This document shows positions 48,283 through 57,942 of a DNA stretch of 62,719 bases, piece by piece. The DNA lies in assembly GCA_043810925.1 (NCBI GenBank), contig JBDRNT010000052.1, positions 1 through 62,719 on the forward strand. Direction: 5' to 3'. The notes beneath the pieces were generated by a model. It was not told where the DNA came from. It made no database searches and was given only the letters and a program-made list of their open reading frames with translations. A program made the translations under genes and the position numbers. The stretch is from Candidatus Eiseniibacteriota bacterium. GTDB lineage: Bacteria > Arandabacterota > Arandabacteria > Arandabacterales > Arandabacteraceae. Numbering within the stretch: the first letter of the stretch is position 1; the number at the start of each line of letters is the position of its first letter.

Positions 48283-50487
48283 CTAAAACAGCGGGGGCAT
48301 GGTGAGGGCCGGATGGTTCTTCCTGGTTATGTATTCGAGCACCTCTTCTTCGGTGACGGCAACCGTCTCGTCGGCGATCATATCGATGAAACCTTCTATC
48401 CCTTCCCGCTCACCGATCTCGCACAGTATCGATTTCATTTCCTCTTTGAGTCCACTATCCATCCAGACGATGCGTTTGGCCCCACCCTCGGCGCTTATGA
48501 ACTTGTTGCTCCCGATGTAGTGTTTGCTGTGTCCGATAAAACCCGGTGTCTGCACACCTCCACCTACAACTCCTGCCAGAGTCGAAAACTTCATCCCGCA
48601 GGGCGTCATCTCCGGGTACTCGCGGTAGACCGTCATGATCCCGTTGGTCGATGGAAGCACGCCTGAAATACACTCAAAGCAGCCGCATGAAGTCATGGGA
48701 AGCTCGATTATGCTATACGCGTTGAACGCTTCGAGTGTCCTGTGAGATGTGCCGTAGACGAACTCGTTTATGCCCTGCCACTGGCCTTTTACGTCATCGA
48801 TTGCCTTTTCCTTCTTCACAGGCTGGTTGGGACCGGTCGGATTTATCTGGTGTGCGGCCTTACCGTCAAGCCAGTTATATGCACCGCAAAGACCTGAGCG
48901 CTCCGGAGTAATAATGCAGACATGATTTGGCGCGAATGACTGGCACAGTGTGCATGAGTAGAACGTATCAATCGATTCATCCGTCATGCCTGCAAGCCGG
49001 TCATCGCGCTCATGGTAGACCGCGCGTGCATGGTCGATAAGCTCGAGGACTTCCTTCTCACGGGTGTAGATCTTGAACTGGACCTTGTCGAAGATCTTGC
49101 CGAACTCCCCGTGGAACTTGGCATGAAGGATCGAACCGAAGTGTTTGAACTTGAAACCCTTCTCCTTGGCTTCTTTGCTGATGCGTACCCAGTTGATATC
49201 CCGCTGGCCCATGTGCCAGATGCCGTGCGCACAGTTTATGAGATCGTGCATGTGGCGCTCGAGTATGGGCTCGAAATCGGGCTGCATCTCGCGTCCTGCC
49301 ACCTCGACCCAGACTGCCAGTGGGAGGTGGGTACCTTCCTCTACGTCGTCGATCTCAGGGCCGATCACTTCGATCTTGCCGTCCTCCACCTCATCGAGCG
49401 GCCTGGTCGTCAGGAACTCAAAGCCGGGCATCGTCTGGCCGGCGAGCTCGACATACATGTCTTCCTTCCGGACACGTTCACCCTGAAACGCCGGTCCGTA
49501 GGGTACCGGTATGGGAACCTTGGTGACCGTGATCTTAAGCCCACGCACCTCGATGGCCTTTGCCACGATGTTAACGTGTTCAACCGGCGAGACAACATGC
49601 TCATACGTGCATATCCCCGAGGGCAGAATCTGGTCGATGTCGGTGTCCGCGATTGTGGGGAATCCGTAATTGATCGCACCGGCTGCCTGGGCATGTTTCT
49701 CATCATCAACGGGCCCGAGGGCCAGAACGAATGCGAACACACGGTTCTTGTTGTATTTTAAGACCCTCTGGAAGTCTCCCGGCTGGGAACCTCCGAAGGA
49801 AAGCGCTACCTTGGTTGCAAAGCCAAGCGAGTGAACCGTGGCGGTGACGTCGTCGCCGAATGGAACAAGCCGCGTCTCCCACCCCATCTGGATGCCCTCT
49901 TCGCGCAGTTGCTGGGCCATGCTCTTTCCGTCCGTCGCGGCAGACATGAAGACATAGAGATTCTTCTCCTGAAGTTCGCGCGCGATATTTACGGCAATCT
50001 CATTTGTCGGGCAGTAGCCTACACAGGCGGCGAAACCGGGAGCGGTACCGTCCACAAATTCGATTCCACGTTCGCGCAGGATCACATCATTGGCGGCGCC
50101 GATCCACAGTTGATCATCGCTCGGGTTGGTTTCCGTAAGGTATGGTGGCGGATTCCGGGTGTACTTGATTGCTTCTATTATCTCATCTACAAAGAGGGTG
50201 GCCATGCCTGCATCCAGCGTATGCCCCAGGTACGGCACCCAGAGGTGCTCATCGGGAATCGCCGGGAGCAGTCTTCTTGCCTCTTCGAGAAGCTGCGTGA
50301 GACCACGGAGCGTGTCAATCTTAAGGCCAAGCATTCCATGAGAGATCGGCAGGTAATAGCCAGTGTTCGGGAACTCGACTTTGGTGTCCGGACCCTTCTC
50401 GTCGATAGCGGCCTTGAGTTCCTTCTCGGCACGCTTGAATAACTTGTGCGCTCCCCGGATGGCTCGTGTGGCAATCAGTTTCGACAT
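48283..50487 (-). CDS. acsB: Acetyl-CoA synthase (bacterial type)
   Basis: FPNTGYYLP, CTLCQSFAPNHVC, GLCGA, SCGCFE A-cluster motifs. Confidence 0.97.
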   Translation of the reverse strand: MSKLIATRAIRGAHKLFKRAEKELKAAIDEKGPDTKVEFPNTGYYLPISHGMLGLKIDTLRGLTQLLEEARRLLPAIPDEHLWVPYLGHTLDAGMATLFVDEIIEAIKYTRNPPPYLTETNPSDDQLWIGAANDVILRERGIEFVDGTAPGFAACVGYCPTNEIAVNIARELQEKNLYVFMSAATDGKSMAQQLREEGIQMGWETRLVPFGDDVTATVHSLGFATKVALSFGGSQPGDFQRVLKYNKNRVFAFVLALGPVDDEKHAQAAGAINYGFPTIADTDIDQILPSGICTYEHVVSPVEHVNIVAKAIEVRGLKITVTKVPIPVPYGPAFQGERVRKEDMYVELAGQTMPGFEFLTTRPLDEVEDGKIEVIGPEIDDVEEGTHLPLAVWVEVAGREMQPDFEPILERHMHDLINCAHGIWHMGQRDINWVRISKEAKEKGFKFKHFGSILHAKFHGEFGKIFDKVQFKIYTREKEVLELIDHARAVYHERDDRLAGMTDESIDTFYSCTLCQSFAPNHVCIITPERSGLCGAYNWLDGKAAHQINPTGPNQPVKKEKAIDDVKGQWQGINEFVYGTSHRTLEAFNAYSIIELPMTSCGCFECISGVLPSTNGIMTVYREYPEMTPCGMKFSTLAGVVGGGVQTPGFIGHSKHYIGSNKFISAEGGAKRIVWMDSGLKEEMKSILCEIGEREGIEGFIDMIADETVAVTEEEVLEYITRKNHPALTMPPLF

Positions 50488-50511
50488 ATTTGCTGTCTGC
50501 TCACGAAGGGG

Positions 50512-52440
50512 CTACTTAAGTTCCCTTCTCATCTCCATGTCAAACAGGACACGCTCCCGGCCTTTGCTTATGCCGAGTTTCTCCCGCTTTGAGTTTATGT
50601 GATCGATTATTCGTGTTGCCATCTTGCCTGGATCGGTCTCGACACCCCACATACCTCCGAAAATACCCTCGAATTCCTTGAAGATATGCTCTGAGAAGAT
50701 CTCGCTTCCTTCGACCGGTAGACCGACACCGAAGATGGTATAGACACCTGAGGCGACAAAGTACTGTCCGATTGCGATCGCCTTTTCACTCATCCACTCG
50801 GGTGCGGCGCCTGCCACGGGAAGTTCGCTTATGTCACTTCCGAGTCCGCCGATCCGGACCATCTCCGAAAGGGCGATCAGGATACGGCTGTTATCCACAC
50901 AGGAGCCGGAGTGAAGCACGGGTGGCATCCCCACGGCTTTGCACACCTCCGCGAGGCCCTTGCCGGCGTACTTTTCAGCGGATTCGGGTCTGAGGAAACC
51001 GGCCTTTGCACACGCGATAGCGGAGCAGCCGGTCTGGACAACAAGTATGTCATTGGCGATCAGTTCTTCCGTGAGACTTACATGTGCCTGGTCGTGCGTC
51101 ACTTTGGGGTTTGAGCAGCCCACGACACCGGCCACCCCCTTGATCCGTCCGTTTATCACATTGTCATTGAGCGGGCTATACGATTCGCGGAACGATCCAC
51201 CGAGCATATAGTTGATCGCCTCATGACTGAAACCGGCGATCAGGTCCATCTTTTCATCGGGGATATCGACCTTGTCGCGGTTTGGGAAGTTCAAGATCGC
51301 TTCTTTCACAATCGCCTTTGCCGTATCAAGCGGCCGCTTACCCGAGAGATCGAAATGCTTGGCTCCGGAGATGCGGCCCTTCGGCGAGGTTGTGATTAGA
51401 CGTGTGTGATAGCACTTGGTGACCTCAGGCAGTGACGGCATGATGCACTGGACGTCGACGATCATGGCCTCGACGGCGCCCGTCCAGATTGCGAGTTCCT
51501 GCTGGAGGATGTTCCCCGCAACCGGCAGGCCGTGACGGATGAGAATCTCATTGGCCGTACAACATATACCTGCGAGGTTTATACCGGTTGCACCGTTGGT
51601 CCTGGCCAGCGCAATGAGCTCCGGGTCCTTCGCTGCAACCACAAGCATCTCCGAAAGCACCGGTTCATGCCCATGGACGACGATGTTGACTTCGGTCTTG
51701 GAAAGCACCCCGAGGTTTACCTGACCTCGCACCGGGGAAGGTGTGCCGAAGAGGATGTCCTGGAGCTCTGTGGCAATCATCGAGCCGCCCCATCCATCTG
51801 CAAGGGCTGCCCTTGCACCCTGGAGTATGATGCTCCGATGATCCTGATCCACACCCATGGTTGTCCGGTGCATCACCTCGACGATCTCGCGATCGATGCC
51901 GCGGGGGACGATATCAAGATTGCGCCACAGGGCCTGGCGTGGCTCGGGTGCACGATGCGTGAATGCGATCTCGCCTTCCTGCCGGCCGAAGTCAGCCAGC
52001 GCGGTTTCTGCAACCTCCGCTGCGATCTCTTCACTCGTCCTATCCTTGGTTTCGATCCCGAGTGTCCGGGCGACCTTATTGAGTTTGTTCTCATCCCTGA
52101 TCGTGTAACCTGAATCCGGGTCTGTGGCCGCGAGAAGCAGCGTTTCAGCCACATCGCGCCCGTGATCGGAGTGGGCCGCGGCGCCTCCGGCAATCATACG
52201 CGCGAAGTTCCGTGCAACGATCACCTCGGCAGTGGCCCCGCAAACACCGCGTTCCCGCTTCTTGCTGCCCGGCTTGACCCGGCATGGGCCCATATAGCAG
52301 GCCCGGCAGCAAAGACCCTGCTCACCGAAGGTGCAGTGCGGTTTCTGGTTATCCGCGCGGTCCCAGATGGTCTCCGGACTATCGGGGGTCTTACGGTCGA
52401 GCATGTGCTCAACGGACTTGTCTATGCTTCGCTTAGCCAT
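50512..52440 (-). CDS. cooS: Ni,Fe carbon monoxide dehydrogenase (AcsA/CooS)
   Basis: CCRACYMGPC, HSDH, HGHEP, GICCT, DVQC, VGCSN, TGCS, GSCVD, MSEKA. Confidence 0.97.
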   Translation of the reverse strand: MAKRSIDKSVEHMLDRKTPDSPETIWDRADNQKPHCTFGEQGLCCRACYMGPCRVKPGSKKRERGVCGATAEVIVARNFARMIAGGAAAHSDHGRDVAETLLLAATDPDSGYTIRDENKLNKVARTLGIETKDRTSEEIAAEVAETALADFGRQEGEIAFTHRAPEPRQALWRNLDIVPRGIDREIVEVMHRTTMGVDQDHRSIILQGARAALADGWGGSMIATELQDILFGTPSPVRGQVNLGVLSKTEVNIVVHGHEPVLSEMLVVAAKDPELIALARTNGATGINLAGICCTANEILIRHGLPVAGNILQQELAIWTGAVEAMIVDVQCIMPSLPEVTKCYHTRLITTSPKGRISGAKHFDLSGKRPLDTAKAIVKEAILNFPNRDKVDIPDEKMDLIAGFSHEAINYMLGGSFRESYSPLNDNVINGRIKGVAGVVGCSNPKVTHDQAHVSLTEELIANDILVVQTGCSAIACAKAGFLRPESAEKYAGKGLAEVCKAVGMPPVLHSGSCVDNSRILIALSEMVRIGGLGSDISELPVAGAAPEWMSEKAIAIGQYFVASGVYTIFGVGLPVEGSEIFSEHIFKEFEGIFGGMWGVETDPGKMATRIIDHINSKREKLGISKGRERVLFDMEMRRELK

Positions 52441-52458
52441 ATTGAAATATCTTTTCCA

Positions 52459-53520
52459 TCATTCTTTAGATGCCGCGAACTCCTGCCTGAGACGCGTGCT
52501 TACATCGTGCAACCGCCTGATGACCTCCTCGGACAAACCGACGGGAATCGAACCGGTACCGCAGCTGGGTGTTATCAGCGACTTCTCCCAGATCAACTCC
52601 CTGTCGATTCCTTTATCGGCCAGATTGTCGACACACTCCTTGAGTTTCTCAACCAGGGACTCCGGACTCTCGCCGGTGACCCGGTCTGAGGATGGAACGA
52701 TTCCCCAGGCCAGGACACCACCACCCTCGAGGAATTGCTTCACCTGCTCGGGATAGTAACCGATGGTCTTGCCGAATTCATAGGCATCGAAACTGATAAT
52801 ATCCACACCCGCGTCGATCAGTATCGTCCATTCGGTGTTGCCGCAACAATGGGTCGCCGCAAGCGCATCTTCCTTACGGATTGCCGTGAAAACTTCCTTC
52901 AAGACTCTCACGATGTCCGATCGCTCAACGCTGACATACGTGGAGGATCCGAATGCCGAGAGAATGGGTTCGTCGACAAAGCAGATCTGGGGGCAGCCCA
53001 GGAAGCTGAACTTCTTCAGAAGCCACCGCGCCTTCATCTCGACTCCCTTGACGATGACGTCTCTGAAGACATCATTGTAGTAGATCGCCCGCTTGTCCTG
53101 ATCCACCCGGCCGAGACCCATTGTGATCGGGCCCGTCACATGTTGCTTGAAGAACCTGGGAGCAGGCCGTCCGGGTTCTTTGAGTTGCCGCTCCATCTCA
53201 TAGACACCGCGGCTATACTCCGGTGATATCCTGAAGTAGTCGGTAGTCTCCGCCAGGTAGTTCTCATAGAATTCTGCGAGGGCAACCGAGGTATCACCCC
53301 CCGTATTGAAATACATACGTTGCTTCTCTTCATCGAGAACAACACAGGGAAGCCCCTCGCTGTACTGAGATTCCATACCTTCCCTGAAATCGATGGCCGG
53401 AAGCTGCGGCCAGGTAGGGATGTCCGGAAGGCTCTTGAGGATAAGATCGCAAGCAACCTGCGGATCCTTATGCGGGAAACTCCCTATGGCAGTCGCGAGG
53501 CATTGAGGACTGAAAGCCAT
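52459..53520 (-). CDS. Core-MetE / MesB-like cobamide-dependent methyltransferase (folate-independent methionine synthase family)
   Basis: 353 aa single barrel; IGSFPH, WPQLP, VTGPIT, DEP, HCC Zn motif, SFDA, TPSCG; no N-terminal folate barrel. Confidence 0.8.
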   Translation of the reverse strand: MAFSPQCLATAIGSFPHKDPQVACDLILKSLPDIPTWPQLPAIDFREGMESQYSEGLPCVVLDEEKQRMYFNTGGDTSVALAEFYENYLAETTDYFRISPEYSRGVYEMERQLKEPGRPAPRFFKQHVTGPITMGLGRVDQDKRAIYYNDVFRDVIVKGVEMKARWLLKKFSFLGCPQICFVDEPILSAFGSSTYVSVERSDIVRVLKEVFTAIRKEDALAATHCCGNTEWTILIDAGVDIISFDAYEFGKTIGYYPEQVKQFLEGGGVLAWGIVPSSDRVTGESPESLVEKLKECVDNLADKGIDRELIWEKSLITPSCGTGSIPVGLSEEVIRRLHDVSTRLRQEFAASKE

Positions 53521-53585
53521 GGTTTGTCTCCTCCCTTATCAAGAACAATAAGCTATTTCCCAAAGACTAAGAAGATATTTCTAAA

Positions 53586-53719
53586 TGATGGGGTCAGGCT
53601 TTGAATTCTGGAATTCTGCACTGGGGGAGTTCACTCTTGAGCAAAGCAGCGTCGGGACTCCTGCGCGGAGTGTGCGGTCTGCGCAACAGAATTCCAGAAT
53701 TCAAAGCCTGACCCCATCA
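53586..53719. repeat. 134-bp element with perfect 33-bp inverted arms (family B-related)
   Basis: TGATGGGGTCAGGCTTTGAATTCTGGAATTCTG (53586-53618) and exact inverse (53687-53719). Confidence 0.92.
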
Positions 53720-53723
53720 ACCA

Positions 53724-54491
53724 TCAGCGGCAGGCTTCATATATCTTGAGGAATTCCGCTTTGAGGCTTCTGTCCAGCTCGTCGATCAATGGGTGCTGCT
53801 CCCGGTCTGCGTTGAGAATCATCTCACTGTAGGGAATCATGCCGATAACTTCCGCAGCAGGCAGCTTGCTCACGATCCATTTGCTCTGCCCGGCATCCTT
53901 GACCTTGTTCGCGATTATGCCGAATGACGTGACCCCGATTTCGCCGGCCAGTCTCATGATGGTCGTTGCGGTGGCTATGCTTCTCATGCCTGGCTCGACC
54001 ACTATCAGCATCTTATCGATTGCCTCGAGGGTGGCCCTACCCAGGTGTTCGATACCCGCTTCCATGTCAACGATGACCACCTCGTCGCGGTTGAGCACAA
54101 TCTCGGACAGGAGACTCTGAACGAGCACGTTCTCTGCACACGCGCAGCCTCCTCCTCCCGTCTGGATAGCGCCCAACACAAGCAGTCTGATTCCACGAAA
54201 ATCGATAGAGTACTTCTCAGGAATGTCGTCCACGGTGGGGTTCATCTTGAACATCTGCCCGAACTTGGCGGGATCGGCACCGGTACGTTCTTTTATCAAC
54301 TCACGCATCGCCGAAATCGGGACTATCGAGGCGACCTCTTCAGACGGAACCCCGAGTGCGCTGCCGAGGTTGGCATCGGGGTCTGCATCTACAGCCAGCA
54401 CGCGGTAACCGTCGTTGTTGAAGTAGTGAGCCAGAACACCGGCCACCGTAGTTTTTCCGGTTCCACCCTTACCGGTTACGGCGATCTTCAT
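53724..54491 (-). CDS. cooC: CooC nickel-insertion ATPase (second copy)
   Basis: GKGGTGKT, DADPDANL, GGGCAC, DMEAGIEHLGR. Confidence 0.94.
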   Translation of the reverse strand: MKIAVTGKGGTGKTTVAGVLAHYFNNDGYRVLAVDADPDANLGSALGVPSEEVASIVPISAMRELIKERTGADPAKFGQMFKMNPTVDDIPEKYSIDFRGIRLLVLGAIQTGGGGCACAENVLVQSLLSEIVLNRDEVVIVDMEAGIEHLGRATLEAIDKMLIVVEPGMRSIATATTIMRLAGEIGVTSFGIIANKVKDAGQSKWIVSKLPAAEVIGMIPYSEMILNADREQHPLIDELDRSLKAEFLKIYEACR

Positions 54492-54515
54492 CCTGCTTAT
54501 GCCTCGCTATGAATG

Positions 54516-55574
54516 TCACTCTGAATCCGGGAGCGGGTCAGGCCCGTAGGTTATGCTGTCACAGTATATGTCCCCGTCGCGAAACTCGGGGGCGAAGTCG
54601 AGGAGCGCAATCGAAGCGACAACCGTATTGTGGATTCTGGAACCTGTGACCTCTTTGTCGCTGCCCCAGCTACCGTCGGGATTCTGCTCTTCCATCAGCC
54701 GCTGGTACATCCTCTCCATCCTGGGATCAGCCGGCACACGCAGGAGCTTAAGACAGGTCAGTGCCTCGGATGCCACGTCCAGTTCCGTGGAGGTCATGTC
54801 TTCCAACGCCAGGAAGTCTCTCAAGGCTTTGTCAAAACCCGCGATCTCCACAGCGAATCCCGCAGGATCGAGATAGTGGTCATAGTAACCGGAGTTCGTC
54901 AGAACGACATGTGTGAGCGCATAGAGATAGAATACATAATGATACGATCTTGGCTGATTCAGCAGGTCCGCCTGTGATCTGACCTCCTCCACCACCGAGT
55001 CGTAGAGTTCGTCCGCAACACCCAGTCTTTTCAGCAAGTAAGCCGCCACGACCTTCTTGCTGAGATCCATGGTGCTCAGGAAAAGCCGGTCCCAGTAGAA
55101 ATCGCGAAGATCCTCGATCGGGCGTAAATCCGTCTCAAACACTTGATTGACGCATTTGTTGCGGACGAGCTCGATCAACACGGGCCGGAGCTTGTGCCAG
55201 CGCCGCGAATCCCGGTCATGAATATCAACTGCGATATTGACCTGCGGGAGAGTGGGCTCGGTTTCCTCGATGATCTCGAGCAGTCTCGCCGCCAGACTGT
55301 CATCAGCTGTAACCCTGTAGATCTTCCTGAATGTCGTAACTGCAACAGCGGGAGAGATGGCGTCTTGATTGGCGATCAACCATTCGATCCCACGCATCGC
55401 AGCCGCGGTCATATCGCTTGCAGGCGTACAGGTGGTATCTCCAGAGTCGCCGGCTCCGGTCGACCGGGCAATCCCGCCCATAAGGAGCACCACACAAACT
55501 GCGCAACAGCAAACTGTCCTAAAACGCATCAAGCCGATACCCGCACTTTTCTTGATAGGGTCCATATTGTGCAA
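54516..55574 (-). CDS. Exported helical protein with prenyltransferase/squalene-cyclase-like QxxDGSW repeat
   Basis: Hydrophobic leader; GIEWLIANQ, YALTHVVL, EEQNPDGSWG. Confidence 0.6.
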   Translation of the reverse strand: MHNMDPIKKSAGIGLMRFRTVCCCAVCVVLLMGGIARSTGAGDSGDTTCTPASDMTAAAMRGIEWLIANQDAISPAVAVTTFRKIYRVTADDSLAARLLEIIEETEPTLPQVNIAVDIHDRDSRRWHKLRPVLIELVRNKCVNQVFETDLRPIEDLRDFYWDRLFLSTMDLSKKVVAAYLLKRLGVADELYDSVVEEVRSQADLLNQPRSYHYVFYLYALTHVVLTNSGYYDHYLDPAGFAVEIAGFDKALRDFLALEDMTSTELDVASEALTCLKLLRVPADPRMERMYQRLMEEQNPDGSWGSDKEVTGSRIHNTVVASIALLDFAPEFRDGDIYCDSITYGPDPLPDSE

Positions 55575-55671
55575 TGCCTGATTATAGGCGACTTCCGGGT
55601 TACAGTCAACCGCAGGCGGATCGTGGTTAAGATAGGACCTTGCCGGATCGTCAGGTGGGCAGATGAGAATA

Positions 55672-55727
55672 ATCCGGGGCGACCACCGACTGACCGGCTC
55701 ATGCGCCGGGTCGAGGTCACCCCGGAT
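55672..55727 (-). terminator. Long hairpin after the outer-membrane protein gene
   Basis: ATCCGGGGCGACC / GGTCACCCCGGAT arms 10 bp past the stop. Confidence 0.5.
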
Positions 55728-55736
55728 AGGTGTAGA

Positions 55737-56927
55737 CTATTTCAGGCGGTAGCTGAGGCTACCCCGAATCGCCCAGTCCGATATCGCATCGCCCATACCG
55801 TCATCCACGTAACTGTAGATGAATGACGGATTGAAGCTCAGCCGGTTCTCGATGTAGAGAATATAGGTGCTCGTGAAGTTCAAGGTCATCATATTCTCAG
55901 CACCAGCGAGCGTCGGCATCAGATACTCGACCTGGAGCGTATTATCCCAGTCGATACGATTGGTGACTTCGTAGTAGATCTGGAATATGTCACCGAACCG
56001 ATGCACCGGGTCATCCTCGAATACCGTGCTGTAGTAGGCGTTGTTATTCAACTGGAGCGCCAGGCTTACGGGACGTGCCCAGTCGAGGTCGGCCGTCAGA
56101 AGCGGATCGCCGGCCTCGCCGTCGAAGTCGGAGATCACCACGCCGACGCCGACGCGAGCCTCCCAACCGTAGAATCTGCGGCCTGTCGGCTCAGCGAGCA
56201 CTTCCTGGATCCGCAGTACGCCGATTGCTCCGAGTCCACCCTCGACAAGGACGCCTGCGTTCTTCAAAACCTCTTCCATCGCCTCGTACCAGTACTTCCG
56301 GTACTCCACCGGGCCGTACTGCGAACGGAACTCGCCCTGGCGGTCGATGACGCGGGCCAGTTCGATCAGGATATTCTCCGGAATGTCCTTGTTGGTAACC
56401 CCGAAGCGCTTGAAGTCCTGGGCCATCCGGTATGCCTGCTTAAGAACCGTAGCATCGATCGAGCGGCCGTAGCCAAGCCCCGCGGTCACATCCCAGTAAG
56501 GATCGTCCGCTTCGTCCTGAAAGGACAGCTTCCGGTATTCGAGTGTCGACGAACCGAAACCGAAAATGTTGGACTGATCGCTGAAGTACCTGTTCGCCCT
56601 GGTGTGAACCCACACATCGTATGCATCACGGCTCTCGGCGTCCATTTCCTGAGCCTTGCTCTTCGAGAAATTGCCCACCGCGTTCAGGTTGTAGCTAAAC
56701 GGCAGAGACCGATAGAACAAGTCATAGGATGCGTCACCCCCGAAATTGTAGCCCGTCTCGAGGGAGTCAATGGATGTACCATTGACGTTGAATGTGCCGT
56801 TCAAATACGCCTCTTGTGAGGTGCTGACCGGGAAGGTGTACTTGGTCAGGTCGATAGCCTGAGCCGCCCCCCCATACAGACAACCGCACAAGAACACCGC
56901 GACTACCAGAACAGCGTAACTCTTCAT
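55737..56927 (-). CDS. Outer-membrane beta-barrel protein
   Basis: Signal peptide AQA, alternating aromatic strands, C-terminal GSLSYRLK. Confidence 0.75.
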   Translation of the reverse strand: MKSYAVLVVAVFLCGCLYGGAAQAIDLTKYTFPVSTSQEAYLNGTFNVNGTSIDSLETGYNFGGDASYDLFYRSLPFSYNLNAVGNFSKSKAQEMDAESRDAYDVWVHTRANRYFSDQSNIFGFGSSTLEYRKLSFQDEADDPYWDVTAGLGYGRSIDATVLKQAYRMAQDFKRFGVTNKDIPENILIELARVIDRQGEFRSQYGPVEYRKYWYEAMEEVLKNAGVLVEGGLGAIGVLRIQEVLAEPTGRRFYGWEARVGVGVVISDFDGEAGDPLLTADLDWARPVSLALQLNNNAYYSTVFEDDPVHRFGDIFQIYYEVTNRIDWDNTLQVEYLMPTLAGAENMMTLNFTSTYILYIENRLSFNPSFIYSYVDDGMGDAISDWAIRGSLSYRLK

Positions 56928-56997
56928 GCCTAACCTCCTCTCCTATGCCACCTGGATTCCTGCCCGTCACCCAGCCGTGGCACCTTAGGTTTCCGGG

Positions 56998-57026
56998 AAT
57001 GTATACCCGATAGCAAAACAAGTCAA
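56998..57026 (-). promoter_or_regulatory. Sigma70 promoter TTGACT-N17-TACATT
   Basis: Correct spacing, 70 bp upstream of the OMP start. Confidence 0.55.
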
Positions 57027-57160
57027 GTCCATAATACAGCTGCAAGTTGGTATGAACAGAACGCTTTTTGCGCCGAAACAGTGCCGATCTGCAATACCTG
57101 CCGCGCCGTAGCAATACTTGTGCTGCTTCGGGTCCACGTGCCCGACTGCAGTCTATGTGT

Positions 57161-57655
57161 CTACTCTTTGCCCGTCGTTACTATGATCTGAAGCCCTTCA
57201 TCGTTCGGCGCGAAATTGATACCGGTGATGCGCCCGTCTTTTTTGTAAGTAAACATCATGTTCTTGCCCATTGACATGACGGCCTCTTCTGTCCACCCTT
57301 TTGCTCCCATCTCACGCTTGTAGGCATCCACTACCTTTGTCTTATCGTCTTTAGTGATCAGGGAGACCGAGTGGCCATCGGGAACCTTCATTGCCATCAT
57401 GGTCTTAGAAGGGCTGTACAAGAACACATCATCGGGGAAATCATCCGGGATCTCGGTTTCTTCCCCGGTGGTAAGTGCGAACTCGCCTTCCTCTGTCTCG
57501 CCGGTGATCTTCACACCCTCTTTCGAGAGGTCAACATCGGCGTCTGATCCGGTTGCCTCCTTGATCTTCTTCTCCATCGCCGCTTCCTTGGCCGATTCTC
57601 CGCATGCGCCAACAAGGAGAACCAGGCATAGCAGGCAGAACACGAATATCCTCAT
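57161..57655 (-). CDS. Lipoprotein of unknown function
   Basis: Lipobox VGAC; IPDDFPDDV and Y...M...GW pattern; RBS GAGGAGG. Confidence 0.8.
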   Translation of the reverse strand: MRIFVFCLLCLVLLVGACGESAKEAAMEKKIKEATGSDADVDLSKEGVKITGETEEGEFALTTGEETEIPDDFPDDVFLYSPSKTMMAMKVPDGHSVSLITKDDKTKVVDAYKREMGAKGWTEEAVMSMGKNMMFTYKKDGRITGINFAPNDEGLQIIVTTGKE

Positions 57656-57717
57656 TTCACCCTCCTCTCATAAGAACCGAACCCACACCTAAGTCAAATA
57701 CCAGATTCTCCCACCCC

Positions 57718-57769
57718 TGTCACCAAATTTCGGTGACACCATACCTAATTCTGTGCCAGCTTACTAATT
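57718..57769. repeat. Cluster of family A arms
   Basis: TGTCACC-N7-GGTGACA palindrome, then TAATTCTGTGCCAGCTTACTAATT. Confidence 0.7.
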
Positions 57770-57942
57770 AGCAACACATGAGTAGTCACTGGACTGCAGC
57801 GGAATTACCCGTTTTCTCTTCAATCTGAGTGGAGTATGCTACCGGTATGGGTGAAATGGCCATGGTTGGTAACCCACATGGTAGAGGTATGTGACCACAT
57901 ACCATCCGGCCGGACCCGGAAACAGCGAGAGAGTTGGCGGCG

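Noticed and set aside
53521-53723. SAM or cobalamin riboswitch ahead of the core-metE gene
   Set aside because: No recognisable conserved riboswitch motifs; the structure is a perfect inverted repeat related to a dispersed family. An Rfam scan would be decisive
43265-54491. Calling the organism an autotrophic acetogen
   Set aside because: Methyl-branch genes and acsE are not in this window; carbon fixation cannot be inferred from the carbonyl branch alone
57091-57125. Sigma54 promoter or operator (GCAATAC direct repeat, 20-bp period) upstream of the OMP gene
   Set aside because: Minus-strand match has AG in place of the invariant GG; a sigma70 promoter explains the gene and two short repeats are weak evidence
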